A stretch of 32,000 nt of DNA, taken from positions 150,001-182,000 of the forward strand of contig NZ_CP065936.1 of NCBI RefSeq assembly GCF_003367075.2. Direction: 5' to 3'. The notes beneath the pieces were generated by a model. That model was not told the origin of the DNA. It saw only the letters and a program-made list of their open reading frames with translations, and did not search any database. Below are positions 10,901 through 19,771 of this stretch, piece by piece. Source of the DNA: Cylindrospermopsis raciborskii Cr2010 (GTDB lineage Bacteria > Cyanobacteriota > Cyanobacteriia > Cyanobacteriales > Nostocaceae). The stretch's first letter is position 1. The number at the start of each line of letters is the position of its first letter. The translations under genes and the position numbers were made by a program.

Positions 10901-12019
10901 AGTGTGAGTTTCAGTCCCGATGGTAAAACCATCGCTACCACCTCTGTGGACAAAACAGCTAGATTATGGAACTTGCAGGGAGAAACCATTCAACAATTTC
11001 ATGGTCACGAGAACTGGGTCACCAGTGTGAGTTTCAGTCCCGATGGTAAAACCATCGCTACCACCTCTGTGGACAAAACAGCTCGGTTGTGGGGGTTAAA
11101 TAGACACAAAATTCAGGAGATTAGAGGTCATGAAGATTGGGTTACCAGTGTGAGTTTTAGCCCAGATGGTCAAAATATTGCAACTGGTTCCCGAGACAAC
11201 ACAGCTCGGTTGTGGAACTGGGAAGGTCGTCTGATTCAAGAATTTAAAGGTCATCAAAGTCGAGTCACAAGTGTTAATTTCAGCCCAGATGGACAAACCA
11301 TAGGGACTGGTTCTGCTGATAAAACAGCTCGGTTGTGGAATTTGCAGGGTGATATCCTTGGAGAATTTCAGGGTCATGAGGACTGGGTTACAAGTGTCAG
11401 TTTCAGTCCCAATGGCCAAATCCTAGCTACTGGTTCCCGGGACAAAATAGCCAGGTTATGGAGCTTGCAGGGTGACCTCCTTGGAGAATTTCTAGGTCAT
11501 GAGGACTGGGTTACAAGTGTCAGTTTCAGTCCCAATGGCCAAGCTCTAGCTACTGGTAGTGCTGACAAAATAGCTAGGTTATGGAACTTGCAGGGTGACC
11601 TCCTTGGAAAATTTCCAGGTCATGAGGGTGGGGTTACAAGTGTGAGTTTCAGTCCCGATGGCCAAACTGTTGTTACCGGTTCAGTTGACAAAATAGCTCG
11701 TTTATGGAATTTAAAGGGTTATCTGATTCGGGAATTCAAGGGTCATGATAGTGGGATAACAAATGTGAGTTTCAGTCCTGATGGACAAACTCTCGCTACC
11801 GCTTCTGTTGATAAGACAGTCCGGTTATGGGACTTAAAGGGTCAGCTAATTCAAGAGTTTAAGGGTTATGATGATACAGTTACAAGTGTGAGTTTTAGCC
11901 CAGATGGCCAAACTCTTGCTACTGGTTCTTTGGATAAAATAGCCCGCTTATGGCCTGTACGGTATTTAGATAGAGCGTTGAAAGATGGCAACACTTGGTT
12001 AATTGATACTAATTTTTGA
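7994..12019 (+). CDS. STAND-type NTPase with N-terminal unassigned domain, TPR-like linker and 14 C-terminal WD40 repeats
   Basis: Walker [16 protein letters not shown] (8981-9007), Walker B-like [14 protein letters not shown], preceded by [12 protein letters not shown]; 14 repeats of the type [30 protein letters not shown]. Confidence 0.92.
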   Translation: MNDLENIPNHHYEPIKTILRVIDFSQSQFSLIFLHCNDAELREQVAAQLRERSPNKIEEITLPHSAISLYDNISLTLDRHPEVLMVFGLETVNNLDSILQFSNQIREEFRKNFTFPLLIWIDDQILRKILRVAPDLETWGSIIGTPNYYNGENQVKSLAQIHRFLAEAALENQQWSEAKKQAQYAQEILTSVDHIILPDDGLYHLLIARSQIGLGETSTAIKNLEIAKTHSAPPQDPQLYIEILKTLASLYFDHGNYLEAFYVRQEQLQVEQQYGLRAFLGSSYLNPQRPIMNGTNGSNGRSMAFGREEDIKRLWQRISDNEHPLVVIHGQFAVGKTSIIQGGLVPILEQELIDDRQLLPIILREYTNWLEELWEQLLNKLENKLQSTIAIETFNGLSPQERIIKLLNISGDKNLLTVLIFDQLEEFFFVANNLEQKRTFYQLLRSCLDIPFVKIILTLREEYLHYLLEIDRLVDLRVTNNNILDKTIRYYLGNFSKAVAKRIIQTLMVKDQFELQMELIDQLVEELGDNLGEVRPLELQIVGAQLEKEGIDTLEQYEQFGGKQKLLEKFLQDVIKSCGPENESTAQLVLYLLTGENGTKPLKTQAEIITQLSVESDKLDLVLKIFVGSGLVWLVRESLRDRYQLVHDCLVQFIRYQYARSYYTQLSAQLERIQAELRQEREAEEQAQLVTKLEEDALIALDQFQTDPLLSLVTAVGNANLLKSIVQNNPLDKYPTVRPIYTLNTILDTISDRNIIKGHEGGITSVCFSPDGQSIGTGSWDKTIRLWNLRGENIQQFRGHEGGITSVCFSPDGQSIGTGSEDGTARLWNLQGKNIQQFRGHEGGVTSICFSPDGQSIGTGSEDGTARLWNLQGKNIQQFRGHEGGVTSICFSPDGQSIGTGSEDGTARLWNLQGENIQQFHGHEDWVTSVSFSPDGQILATTSVDKTVRLWNLQGETIQQFHGHENWVTSVSFSPDGKTIATTSVDKTARLWNLQGETIQQFHGHENWVTSVSFSPDGKTIATTSVDKTARLWGLNRHKIQEIRGHEDWVTSVSFSPDGQNIATGSRDNTARLWNWEGRLIQEFKGHQSRVTSVNFSPDGQTIGTGSADKTARLWNLQGDILGEFQGHEDWVTSVSFSPNGQILATGSRDKIARLWSLQGDLLGEFLGHEDWVTSVSFSPNGQALATGSADKIARLWNLQGDLLGKFPGHEGGVTSVSFSPDGQTVVTGSVDKIARLWNLKGYLIREFKGHDSGITNVSFSPDGQTLATASVDKTVRLWDLKGQLIQEFKGYDDTVTSVSFSPDGQTLATGSLDKIARLWPVRYLDRALKDGNTWLIDTNF
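10265..11986 (+). repeat. 14 tandem 123-nt (41-aa) WD40-coding units in exact register
   Basis: GGTCATGA-type unit starts at 10265, 10388, 10511, 10634, 10757, 10880, 11003, 11126, 11249, 11372, 11495, 11618, 11741, 11864, with no indels between units. Confidence 0.96.
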
Positions 12020-13061
12020 TGATCCCCCCACCTAATACCTTATCTCCCTCATACCAAACTGCTGCTTGTCCAGGTGTGATGCTGAATTGGGGTTCATCAA
12101 ATACCAGTTGTACACAGTCGGTTTCCCCAGGGATAATTGTTGCCAGTACAGGTTGAGAACGGTAACGTATTTGCACTTCCCCACGAATAGTACCTCTGGG
12201 TTCTGCCATGGATACCCAGTTTACTCGCTCAACCGTACACTCTTTCTCTGTACCTTTCGTGCGATCGCCTACTACGACAAGATTATTAACTGTGTCTAAC
12301 TTTATGACATATAGTGGTTCAGCTGCGGCAATTCCTAAGCCTTTGCGCTGTCCTATAGTGTAATGGTGAACACCATCATGCTTGCCTAAAATTTTGCCGT
12401 TACTGTCCACAATATCACCAGGTTTAGGAGCTAAATATTTGTCTAGAAATGCCCGCATGGAACCATTGCTCTCTACTAAGCATAAGTCCTGGCTCTCGGG
12501 TTTATCGGCGGTTTTTAAGCCATATTCGGCGGCAATTTTACGAGTATCATTTTTATTTAACTCTCCCAGGGGAAAGATAGTACCTGCTAGTAGTTCTTGG
12601 GATAAATCATATAAAAAGTAGGATTGATCTTTGTTGCGGTCAAAGGCACGTAGTAACTGATAACGTTCAGTCCCATGGTCGTAAGCAATTCGGGCATAAT
12701 GACCAGTAGCAATAACATCAGATCCCAGTTTTTCTCTTGCATATTCTAACATGGGACCAAATTTCACAGTTCTGTTACATTGGGAACAGGGTAAGGGGGT
12801 GATTCCCGCGCTGTAACCGGAAACCAGATAATCCACAATGTTAGTTTGGAACACATCCCGCATATCAACAATTTCATGGGGAATACTTAGTTGTTGGCAA
12901 ATAGTAGCTGCATCCACCATACCCTCGGAGCAGCACTGACCCTTCCCTTTCATTAACCAAAGGGTCAAACCAATGACATCATAGCCCTGATTGTGTAGAA
13001 TGGCCGCTGCTACGGAACTGTCAACGCCACCAGAAAGACCAACAACAACTTTTTTCATCAT
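12009..13061 (-). CDS. mnmA: tRNA-specific 2-thiouridylase MnmA
   Basis: [82 protein letters not shown]. Confidence 0.97.
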   Translation of the reverse strand: MMKKVVVGLSGGVDSSVAAAILHNQGYDVIGLTLWLMKGKGQCCSEGMVDAATICQQLSIPHEIVDMRDVFQTNIVDYLVSGYSAGITPLPCSQCNRTVKFGPMLEYAREKLGSDVIATGHYARIAYDHGTERYQLLRAFDRNKDQSYFLYDLSQELLAGTIFPLGELNKNDTRKIAAEYGLKTADKPESQDLCLVESNGSMRAFLDKYLAPKPGDIVDSNGKILGKHDGVHHYTIGQRKGLGIAAAEPLYVIKLDTVNNLVVVGDRTKGTEKECTVERVNWVSMAEPRGTIRGEVQIRYRSQPVLATIIPGETDCVQLVFDEPQFSITPGQAAVWYEGDKVLGGGIIKN

Positions 13062-13333
13062 TAATCTTTTTCATAGTTGAGATTTACAACATATAGACAC
13101 TTTTCTAGGGTAGCACAGGTTTTGCGTTAGTGGTTGACGGTTGTTGACTGGAAGTTTATGGTGTGTTTGGTAGGTTGTGGTGTTCAATCAATCCAAGACT
13201 ATCCTGATTAAAATGATAAATGATAGAAATTTAAAGCAAAACTTCATCTTTTGGTAAAGTATGTTGAAGTTAGGGCTACTTTACCTTTGGATTTTTAGAT
13301 TCGGTTTGATTGATTAAAATTCTCCTACTCTAC

Positions 13334-14074
13334 ATGACAAATATGGCGAATTTAAATAGTACTACCTCTTTATCTATGCTCTTCTTGTTGGCATCTAGTA
13401 ATTTAGTGATAATGTGCCAACAAGCTTTAGCCAAAACGCTTGATACACAGTTTATGGGTCAGGGTGAGGTGGTTATTCTCTCCCAACTAGATCCCCGTGG
13501 CTATGCTAGCAGAAACTCGGACAGGTATGTGGTCTATGTTGAAACTGATAGTCAATATGTTTTACAACAAGTCCGTCGAGTTGATAGTAATGCTTATATT
13601 CGCCCTTTTGGTGGACGTAGTGTTATTCAGTCAGGTGTTTTTAGTGAATCCTATTATGCTGCTGAACGGGTAAGGGACTTAGAGTTAAATGGTGTAAGTG
13701 GTATTCGTGTTATGGTTGTCTCCCCTCCAGGACAAATATCATCTTCTGTCTCTACCACTACATCCAACTTGGGTTATGATGGTGGTGCTGCAACCTCTTC
13801 TGACAACTCTGCTAACATTGACCTGACAAAACAAGCTCACTACTATGTTGAGTCTTATTATGTGGTTGTTCCCACAAGTGCTGAGAATTTACGAACCATC
13901 TGGCAACAAATTCGACACAAAGTAAAAGGGAGAGTTCATGTTCTGATGAGAAGCGAACCTAGAGGATTTCACGTAGCTCTGGGTAAATTTAAAGATCGCT
14001 ATCAAGCGGAGCAATGGAGTAACTACTTGAAAAGACTGGGTTATGGTAATGCTAGGGTATATTATGGGAGATAA
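13334..14074 (+). CDS. Secreted SPOR-like hypothetical protein
   Basis: Signal-peptide-like N-terminus; two repeats resembling SPOR-type folds (RYVVYVETDSQYVLQQVRRV..AYIRPFGGRSVIQSGVFSESYYAAERVRDL; YYVVVPTSAENLRTIWQQIR..VHVLMRSEPRGFHVALGKFKDRYQAEQWSNYLKRLGYGNARVYYG). Track start 13310; exact start uncertain. Confidence 0.7.
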   Translation: MTNMANLNSTTSLSMLFLLASSNLVIMCQQALAKTLDTQFMGQGEVVILSQLDPRGYASRNSDRYVVYVETDSQYVLQQVRRVDSNAYIRPFGGRSVIQSGVFSESYYAAERVRDLELNGVSGIRVMVVSPPGQISSSVSTTTSNLGYDGGAATSSDNSANIDLTKQAHYYVESYYVVVPTSAENLRTIWQQIRHKVKGRVHVLMRSEPRGFHVALGKFKDRYQAEQWSNYLKRLGYGNARVYYGR

Positions 14075-14084
14075 AATTTGACTA

Positions 14085-15671
14085 ATGAATAACCAGGATT
14101 TGAAGCATCTAAAGGAAATATTTGTTGTCACTGCTGCTCAGATGCGGGATGTGGAATCAAGAGTTTTCGCCGCAGGAATGCCCATTCCAGCTTTGATGGA
14201 AAAAGTAGGTAGGCTCATTTGCGATCGCCTTTTATCTATGACATTAAAAGGTTCTAGGGTTGGTATTTTAGCTGGGCCTGGTCATAATGGTGGTGATGCT
14301 TTGGTGGTGGGAAGGGAATTACATTTTCGTGGTTATAATGTTTGGATTTATCAACCTTTTGGTCAACTCAAGGAGTTAACTAACCAACATTTTCACTATG
14401 CTCAAAGTTTAGGAATTCCTTGTTTTTCTCAACTAGCTGAATTGCCAGATTGTGATTTTTTAATTGATGGGTTATTTGGCTTTGGTTTAGAAAGAGAAAT
14501 CACTGGCAACATTGCTGAGGCTATTAATCATCTTAATCTGTGGAACAAACCAATTTTTAGTATTGATTTACCTTCGGGAATACACACCGATACGGGAGCG
14601 GTTTTAGGAACTGCTATTTGTGCTTCCCACACTTTTTGTTTGGGTTTGTGGAAACAGGGTTTATTACAAGAACAAGCAATAAAATATGCAGGAAAAACAG
14701 AGTTAGTTGATTTTGATATTCCTCTGGCTGATATTCAGGCAGTTTTGGGGGAAGTTCCCACCATCAAACGCATTACCCAAAGTCTAGTAATTAATACTTT
14801 ACCCCTACCTCTTTCTCCCATCGTGCATAAATATAAATCTGGACATCTGTTACTAATTTGTGGCTCTAAACGCTATGCAGGGGGAGCAATTTTAACTGGT
14901 TTAGGTGCTAGAGCATCTGGGATTGGCATGTTATCTATTGCCGTGCCAGAAAGTATTAAACCTTTATTAGTTTCCCACTTACCAGAAGCTCTCATTATTG
15001 GTTGTCCAGAAACAAATAATGGAGCAATTTCCCATTTACAATTGCCTGGAGAAACCACTTTAAATTCCTTTACTGTTATTGCGTGTGGACCTGGATTAAC
15101 TACAGAAGCAACTCCTATTGTGGAGCAAGTAATAAAAAGTGAAGTTCCCATAATTCTGGATGCAGATGCTCTCAATATTCTAGCACAATTGGGCACAATT
15201 ACCACTTTAAAAAACCGCCATCAACCTACTATTCTCACTCCCCATGGAGGAGAGTTTCATCGCCTATTTCCTGAGATTGATATCACAAATAGAGTCAAAG
15301 GAGTGCAAACAGCAGCATCACAAACTAGAGCCATAGTTCTATTAAAAGGAGCAAGAACTGCGATCGCTAAACATCAGGGAGTTACTTGGATAAACTCTGA
15401 AAGTACACCAGCTTTAGCTCGGGGTGGGAGTGGTGATGTATTAACTGGACTAATGGGGGGGATTTTAGGACAGGTGGTTAACAGACAAGTTAATATGGAG
15501 GATGTGGTAGCAACAGCAGCTTGGTGGCACTCTCAAGCTGGTATTTTGGCAGCAAAGGAGAGAACGGAGTTAGGAGTTGATGCTTTTACCTTGACCCAGT
15601 ATTTAAACAGAGTTTTGGCTCAAATCCAAACTGATGAGATAAGTAAGTGGGTGGAATTAAATATAAGATGA
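14085..15671 (+). CDS. nnr: Bifunctional NAD(P)H-hydrate epimerase / ADP-dependent (S)-NAD(P)H-hydrate dehydratase
   Basis: N-terminal YjeF: LAGPGHNGGDALVVGRELHFRGYNV; C-terminal carbohydrate-kinase-like: ILTPHGGEFHRLFP, GGSGDVLTGLMGG. Confidence 0.95.
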   Translation: MNNQDLKHLKEIFVVTAAQMRDVESRVFAAGMPIPALMEKVGRLICDRLLSMTLKGSRVGILAGPGHNGGDALVVGRELHFRGYNVWIYQPFGQLKELTNQHFHYAQSLGIPCFSQLAELPDCDFLIDGLFGFGLEREITGNIAEAINHLNLWNKPIFSIDLPSGIHTDTGAVLGTAICASHTFCLGLWKQGLLQEQAIKYAGKTELVDFDIPLADIQAVLGEVPTIKRITQSLVINTLPLPLSPIVHKYKSGHLLLICGSKRYAGGAILTGLGARASGIGMLSIAVPESIKPLLVSHLPEALIIGCPETNNGAISHLQLPGETTLNSFTVIACGPGLTTEATPIVEQVIKSEVPIILDADALNILAQLGTITTLKNRHQPTILTPHGGEFHRLFPEIDITNRVKGVQTAASQTRAIVLLKGARTAIAKHQGVTWINSESTPALARGGSGDVLTGLMGGILGQVVNRQVNMEDVVATAAWWHSQAGILAAKERTELGVDAFTLTQYLNRVLAQIQTDEISKWVELNIR

Positions 15672-15720
15672 ACGTAGGTTGGGTTGAAGTATGAAACCCA
15701 ACACCCCCATGGGTCTCGGA
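15646..15720 (+). repeat. Copy of dispersed repeat with hairpin, overlapping the 3' end of nnr
   Basis: AAGTGGGTGGAATTAAATATAAGATGAACGTAGGTTGGGTTGAAGTATGAAACCCAACACCCCCATGGG closely matches the 21228-21300 copy; GTTGGGTT/AACCCAAC stem. Confidence 0.85.
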
Positions 15721-15725
15721 TAAAA

Positions 15726-17306
15726 CTATACAATTATGGCATCCAATTGCTTGTTACACCATTTTCCCTCAATTAATTCCGTTACCAGTGGTGTAATTAC
15801 AAATTGAGGAGGAATACCAGCTTTAACATCCACACGCACACAAGAATAGGGTTTTCTCGTCTCTAAATCATAACCGGTACGTCCCACATACAACAAAGAA
15901 TCGGCAACTTTTCGCGTGTGGGCACTATCATGCTCGCTAAAATCCTCTAACAACTCAGTTCCTTCCTCTCGCTGACGACGAGGACGACGACCACTACCAC
16001 CACAGACAATATAGTTAATACCAGAATCTCCATATCCAGTGTCTGTAGTTTTTAAAAACTCCAAACAGTGGGCGTGACCATTAAACACCAGATCTACCAA
16101 GGGTCTTCCCCCAGTTATTTCTCTCCCCATATTTCCTAAAGCTACCCTTACCTGTTCCAATACCTCCCGTAATCGATGACGAACTGCTAAAGTTTGTCCC
16201 TGTTGCCATTTGGTTGCTTCTGTAACGTAGGGAGGATGATGAAAAAATAACACCCTTCCCCTAACATTTAAATCTTGCCAGGATGCAATTAATCTATCCC
16301 TTAACCATTCCAGTTGCTCAAAATCTGTATCCGCATTAGTGTGACTTTCTAATTGTTTCTCAATATCAAGTTTGACTTCATTTAATTGATCCAATTTACC
16401 CGCTAAATCTGCTAGAAGATCTGATTCTCGCGGATTTTTTGAGTCTAACTTCTCATATACCGCTAAAATTTCTAACTCCTCCCGCTCCAAAGAGCGACGA
16501 CTTTCCCACAATTTTTGACGAATATCCTGGGCTCGACTTTTTGGTAAAGGTTCTGGAGTATTAAAAGTGTTAGAATCCAAGGCAAAAAAATCTATTCCCC
16601 CATAATTAAAACTATAGTATCTATTGGGTAACCTCGTAAATTCACCTGGTTGGTAATTTAAGCATCTACCTGTATTAACTTTCCCAGTATAATATTTATT
16701 TAGGTGAGCTACCAAATCAGAGGAACCAATAGCAGCTAGATAATCAATAAAAGCTCTAGCGTAAGTATCTCCTTGGTTGGAACCATGCCAACCAATTTCA
16801 ATATCTTTATAACGTAACATTTGTCGTAGAGGTAAGGTTGAACCTGTAATCAAACGATATAATAAAGGTACATCATAATAATCATGATTGCCGAGAACTG
16901 GTAATATGGGCAACTTAAAGGTCATGTGATTATAAGCTATGTTTTCTGGATTCTCTCCACCAAGTAAAAATTCCCGGTAAGGTTGAATGAAATTGGCTGG
17001 ATAATATTCACGAGAACCTACAACATAAACCACATCTCCGGTATGTAGAATAAAACGACAATCATCAAGATGATTTAACATCATTTCAGTTACTTGACGT
17101 TGCGGATGGGAGCCATAATTTGATTTCGTCCCACTGTCACCCATAACCATAAAGGAAAATTCTTGATTTTTTTCCCTACCTTGATCATCGAATTTCATCA
17201 CGGTTTGGTCAATATTATGCTCCAAAATAGCTGGATGTCGCCATCTAACTCTTTGTTTCATTCTCTGAATTTTGGTGGGAACCGAGGGTTCAGAAATTAA
17301 TTTCAT
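15726..17306 (-). CDS. Calcineurin-like metallophosphoesterase
   Basis: MVMGDSG, HTGDVVYVVGSREYY, LPVLGNHDYYDVP, FFHHPPY, DLVFNGHAHCLE metallophosphoesterase motifs. Confidence 0.9.
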   Translation of the reverse strand: MKLISEPSVPTKIQRMKQRVRWRHPAILEHNIDQTVMKFDDQGREKNQEFSFMVMGDSGTKSNYGSHPQRQVTEMMLNHLDDCRFILHTGDVVYVVGSREYYPANFIQPYREFLLGGENPENIAYNHMTFKLPILPVLGNHDYYDVPLLYRLITGSTLPLRQMLRYKDIEIGWHGSNQGDTYARAFIDYLAAIGSSDLVAHLNKYYTGKVNTGRCLNYQPGEFTRLPNRYYSFNYGGIDFFALDSNTFNTPEPLPKSRAQDIRQKLWESRRSLEREELEILAVYEKLDSKNPRESDLLADLAGKLDQLNEVKLDIEKQLESHTNADTDFEQLEWLRDRLIASWQDLNVRGRVLFFHHPPYVTEATKWQQGQTLAVRHRLREVLEQVRVALGNMGREITGGRPLVDLVFNGHAHCLEFLKTTDTGYGDSGINYIVCGGSGRRPRRQREEGTELLEDFSEHDSAHTRKVADSLLYVGRTGYDLETRKPYSCVRVDVKAGIPPQFVITPLVTELIEGKWCNKQLDAIIV

Positions 17307-18919
17307 CTGGATATCCTCAAAAATTTCTGTTTCATTTTGGTGACAAAACTATTGACTTCTGGTATTTTCATTGTCCCCACAATCATGGCAAATATAGCAA
17401 TTCCCACAATAGCAGTAACGGACAATTCAAGAATCAAAACTACTAAATTTTGGCTGGGTATTAGCAGTTGACAAGTAACAAAGGTTTGATAGCTACTAAC
17501 ACCAGCAACCACACTGCCAAAAGTTAAACCCAAAATTGGCCAAGTCCATTCTCTCAGGGGTAAACCATTGAGTTTACGGTTTAACAACCACAATAACATT
17601 AACATAGAACTACAATTAACACCCACTGTGGCTAAAACCAAACCAGGAGCGCCAAAAGGTTTCACGAGGACAAAATCCAAAACTGCATTCAGAAAAATAT
17701 TAAACGTACTGATTTTGAATGGAGTTTGTCCGTCACCTAAAGCGTAAAATACCCTCACTAAAACATCTCTCCCCAAGTAGACAAACATTCCTATGCCATA
17801 GGCTATTAATAGGGAAGCAACTAACTCGGTAGCTTCTTGATTAAATGCACCCCGTTGATAGACTACCTGAACAATGGGTGTAGATAAACCTATCATTAAA
17901 CCACCTAAAGGTAGCATGGTCACAGCAGTTAATATAATCCCCTGACGAATGCGTAATTTTAGATCTGGCCAAGATTGCGGTTCAGCTAATTTGGCGAACA
18001 TTGGTAATAGGGGAAGTAAAATAATATTAGAAATAATTCCTAGTGGTGTTTGAACTAGTAAATTAGCGTAATTGAAAGCTGCTGCTGCACCTTTGATGGG
18101 ACTTGCAAAAAATAAATCAGTTGCTACATTAATTGGCATCATACCAGAAGAAATAGTAGCAGGAATCATTATTTTAATTACTTCTTGAACTGCAGGAGAT
18201 TTAAAATCAAACCTCAGTTTTAATTTTCCTAAACCTAACCTCCACTGAAAAATTAATTGTACGGACCATTGTAAAATTGCTCCGATTAAGGTTCCCCAAG
18301 CTAATACCATCCCTCCCATAAATGCAAATTCTGGCTGAATTATTTGTTTACCATATTCTAACGCTAAAATACCAATACCAATAACTACTGTAATACTGGA
18401 TAACAGGGGACTAATTGATAATAGCCAATATTGGTTTGCTGCATTGAGGGTGCCAAAACCAAGACCAATTAAACCAGAAAATAAGGCCATTGGTGACATG
18501 ATTTGTAGCTGACGAACAGCAATTTCTCTGGTTTTTACATCTAATCCATAACCAACCAGATCAATTAAGGGTTCCGCTAAAAAAATTTGAGCGACTGTTA
18601 CTACTAATAATAATCCGCTAACTAGGGTTGTTACTGTTTCTACAATAGGAGGCGCTTCTTCTCGTTTACGTTTGGCTAAGACGCTGACAAGGGCACTATG
18701 TAGAGGACCGTTTACTCCACCAAGTAAAATCAATAAAAATCCAGGAATAATATAAGCGTAACTATAAGCAGTAGCAGCAGCACCAACACCAAAAGCAGCT
18801 GCTATAGCTTGTTGTCTAATTAACCCGAATATTTTACTAATTAAAGTTGCAGCAGCAACTATACCAGCAATACCAGCAAAGGAACGGGATGATTTCTGCT
18901 TCTGTGGTTGTTCAGTCAC
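17303..18919 (-). CDS. murJ: Lipid II flippase MurJ (MviN family)
   Basis: 538-aa polytopic protein: AATLISKIFGLIRQQAIAAAFG, ARVFYALGDGQTPFKIS motifs typical of MviN/MurJ. Confidence 0.95.
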   Translation of the reverse strand: MTEQPQKQKSSRSFAGIAGIVAAATLISKIFGLIRQQAIAAAFGVGAAATAYSYAYIIPGFLLILLGGVNGPLHSALVSVLAKRKREEAPPIVETVTTLVSGLLLVVTVAQIFLAEPLIDLVGYGLDVKTREIAVRQLQIMSPMALFSGLIGLGFGTLNAANQYWLLSISPLLSSITVVIGIGILALEYGKQIIQPEFAFMGGMVLAWGTLIGAILQWSVQLIFQWRLGLGKLKLRFDFKSPAVQEVIKIMIPATISSGMMPINVATDLFFASPIKGAAAAFNYANLLVQTPLGIISNIILLPLLPMFAKLAEPQSWPDLKLRIRQGIILTAVTMLPLGGLMIGLSTPIVQVVYQRGAFNQEATELVASLLIAYGIGMFVYLGRDVLVRVFYALGDGQTPFKISTFNIFLNAVLDFVLVKPFGAPGLVLATVGVNCSSMLMLLWLLNRKLNGLPLREWTWPILGLTFGSVVAGVSSYQTFVTCQLLIPSQNLVVLILELSVTAIVGIAIFAMIVGTMKIPEVNSFVTKMKQKFLRISR

Positions 18920-18993
18920 GAATAATACCTAAAGATTCACACTAGACCAAGATAATATCAAAAATATAGCTAAAGATATAGAAAGCTATAGGA

Positions 18994-19743
18994 TTAAAAT
19001 TTTTGACCAATCAGTTTTTTCAAAAATTGCAAAATCTTACCGGAAAAGGAACTAATAAAACGATAGGACTGACGAACCTGGTTGAGTAAGGAATAGGGTA
19101 CTCGTAACTTAAAAGGATAAAAAATTGGTAAGTATATCAAATAATAAGCCTTTTTTAAATCCTCCCATTTGGAACATTTATCCTCATGGAGAAAATCAGA
19201 AATGTCTACCACTAAACCTCTCCCCTCAAACATCATGACATTTTTACCATGAACATCGTGGGGAAATAGACCTCGACTACGTGCATAATCCAACGCTCGA
19301 TCAATATCTTTAATTACCCTAACAGGAATGCGTAATCCACGATTCAGACAATCATAGAGGGTTACACCAAATAATCTTTTTAGAACTAATAGACCATTGT
19401 AGGCATAAAAGCATTGCGAATAGGCTGGATGAGAGCCTATGCGATTGTAAACTTCTAATTCCTCATCAAATCCAGGACGACCAGGAGCGTAAATCTTGAC
19501 CACCACATCGGGAAAATCAGGATGACAAACCACTGCTGCATAGTTACCCGTACCTATTAGCTCCCAGGGAGGTGGTAGATGGTGAACCACTGCTGGATTA
19601 TGGGGGTGCACACTTTCCACCACTAACTGGGGTAATAGTTCTTGATGAATGATGGTAACTAATGGTTGAATACTTGCTTGATCTATAGAATGTGTACCCA
19701 TACATACAAAATTGAGTAGTATTGCATTTATTAAATGTACCAC
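18994..19743 (-). CDS. Kinase-like protein (bacterial Ser/Thr or lipopolysaccharide-kinase fold)
   Basis: AAVVCHPDFPDVVVKIYAPGRPGFDEELEVYNRI, LLVLKRLFG, FPHDVHGKNVMMFEGRGLVVDISDF resembles VxK, HxD-like HDVHGKN and DxxD elements of the kinase fold. Confidence 0.65.
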   Translation of the reverse strand: MVHLINAILLNFVCMGTHSIDQASIQPLVTIIHQELLPQLVVESVHPHNPAVVHHLPPPWELIGTGNYAAVVCHPDFPDVVVKIYAPGRPGFDEELEVYNRIGSHPAYSQCFYAYNGLLVLKRLFGVTLYDCLNRGLRIPVRVIKDIDRALDYARSRGLFPHDVHGKNVMMFEGRGLVVDISDFLHEDKCSKWEDLKKAYYLIYLPIFYPFKLRVPYSLLNQVRQSYRFISSFSGKILQFLKKLIGQKF

Positions 19744-19771
19744 TCAATTAGGATCCTCACTCCTAAAAAAA

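Noticed and set aside
9013-11419. ORFs 9013..9288 and 11096..11419 on the minus strand
   Set aside because: Antisense to the STAND-WD40 gene; the second is periodic only because the WD40 array is.
10265-11986. Tandem array considered as CRISPR or a non-coding minisatellite
   Set aside because: Units are 123 nt, all in frame, and encode canonical WD40 motifs; no short-repeat/spacer structure.
12066-12621. ORFs 12066..12299 and 12382..12621 on + strand
   Set aside because: Antisense to mnmA.
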